This document shows positions 59,983-60,000 of a stretch of 60,000 nt of DNA, piece by piece. Position numbers and translations under genes: made by a program. Origin of the DNA: Lama guanicoe (taxonomy: Eukaryota); NCBI GenBank assembly GCA_013239625.1, contig MU053216.1, forward strand, positions 2,074,943-2,134,942. Reading direction: 5' to 3'. Position 1 is the first letter of the stretch; each line of letters begins with the position of its first letter. The notes below the pieces were generated by a model. The model did no database searches, had not been told where the DNA came from, and worked only from the letters and a program-made list of their open reading frames with translations.

Positions 59983-60000
59983 ATCTTGAACCGGGCTGCG

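Overview
Mammalian genomic DNA, most likely from a camelid. This is inferred from nine copies of a short tRNA-derived SINE resembling the camelid Vic-1 type and from artiodactyl-type L1 3' ends. I recognise no host protein-coding gene. The only ORFs resembling known proteins are LINE-1 ORF2 and ORF1 remnants. The window is rich in interspersed repeats (young and ancient L1, tRNA-SINEs, MIR, L2, MER21, MLT1A, Charlie1, MER3, MER58, MER53) and has one assembly gap (9542-9634). There are three CpG islands (~17.6-18.6, ~26.8-28.1 and ~55.0-56.5 kb). The middle island carries a perfect overlapping ETS-CRE motif, a GC box and outward-facing splice donors, suggesting a bidirectional promoter, probably of lncRNAs. 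A strong minus-strand acceptor at 21038 may belong to one of these transcripts. Several repeat-free blocks rich in homeodomain sites look like developmental enhancers. The most unusual signal is a set of local patches in which recognisable transposon fossils are heavily shifted from A/T to G/C. The 55-56.5 kb CpG island appears to be an originally AT-rich L1 fossil plus an MLT1A LTR turned into a CpG island, as expected from GC-biased gene conversion at recombination hotspots. Repeat family names come from my recall of consensus sequences, boundaries are approximate, and nothing was database-checked. I found no convincing novel protein-based system.
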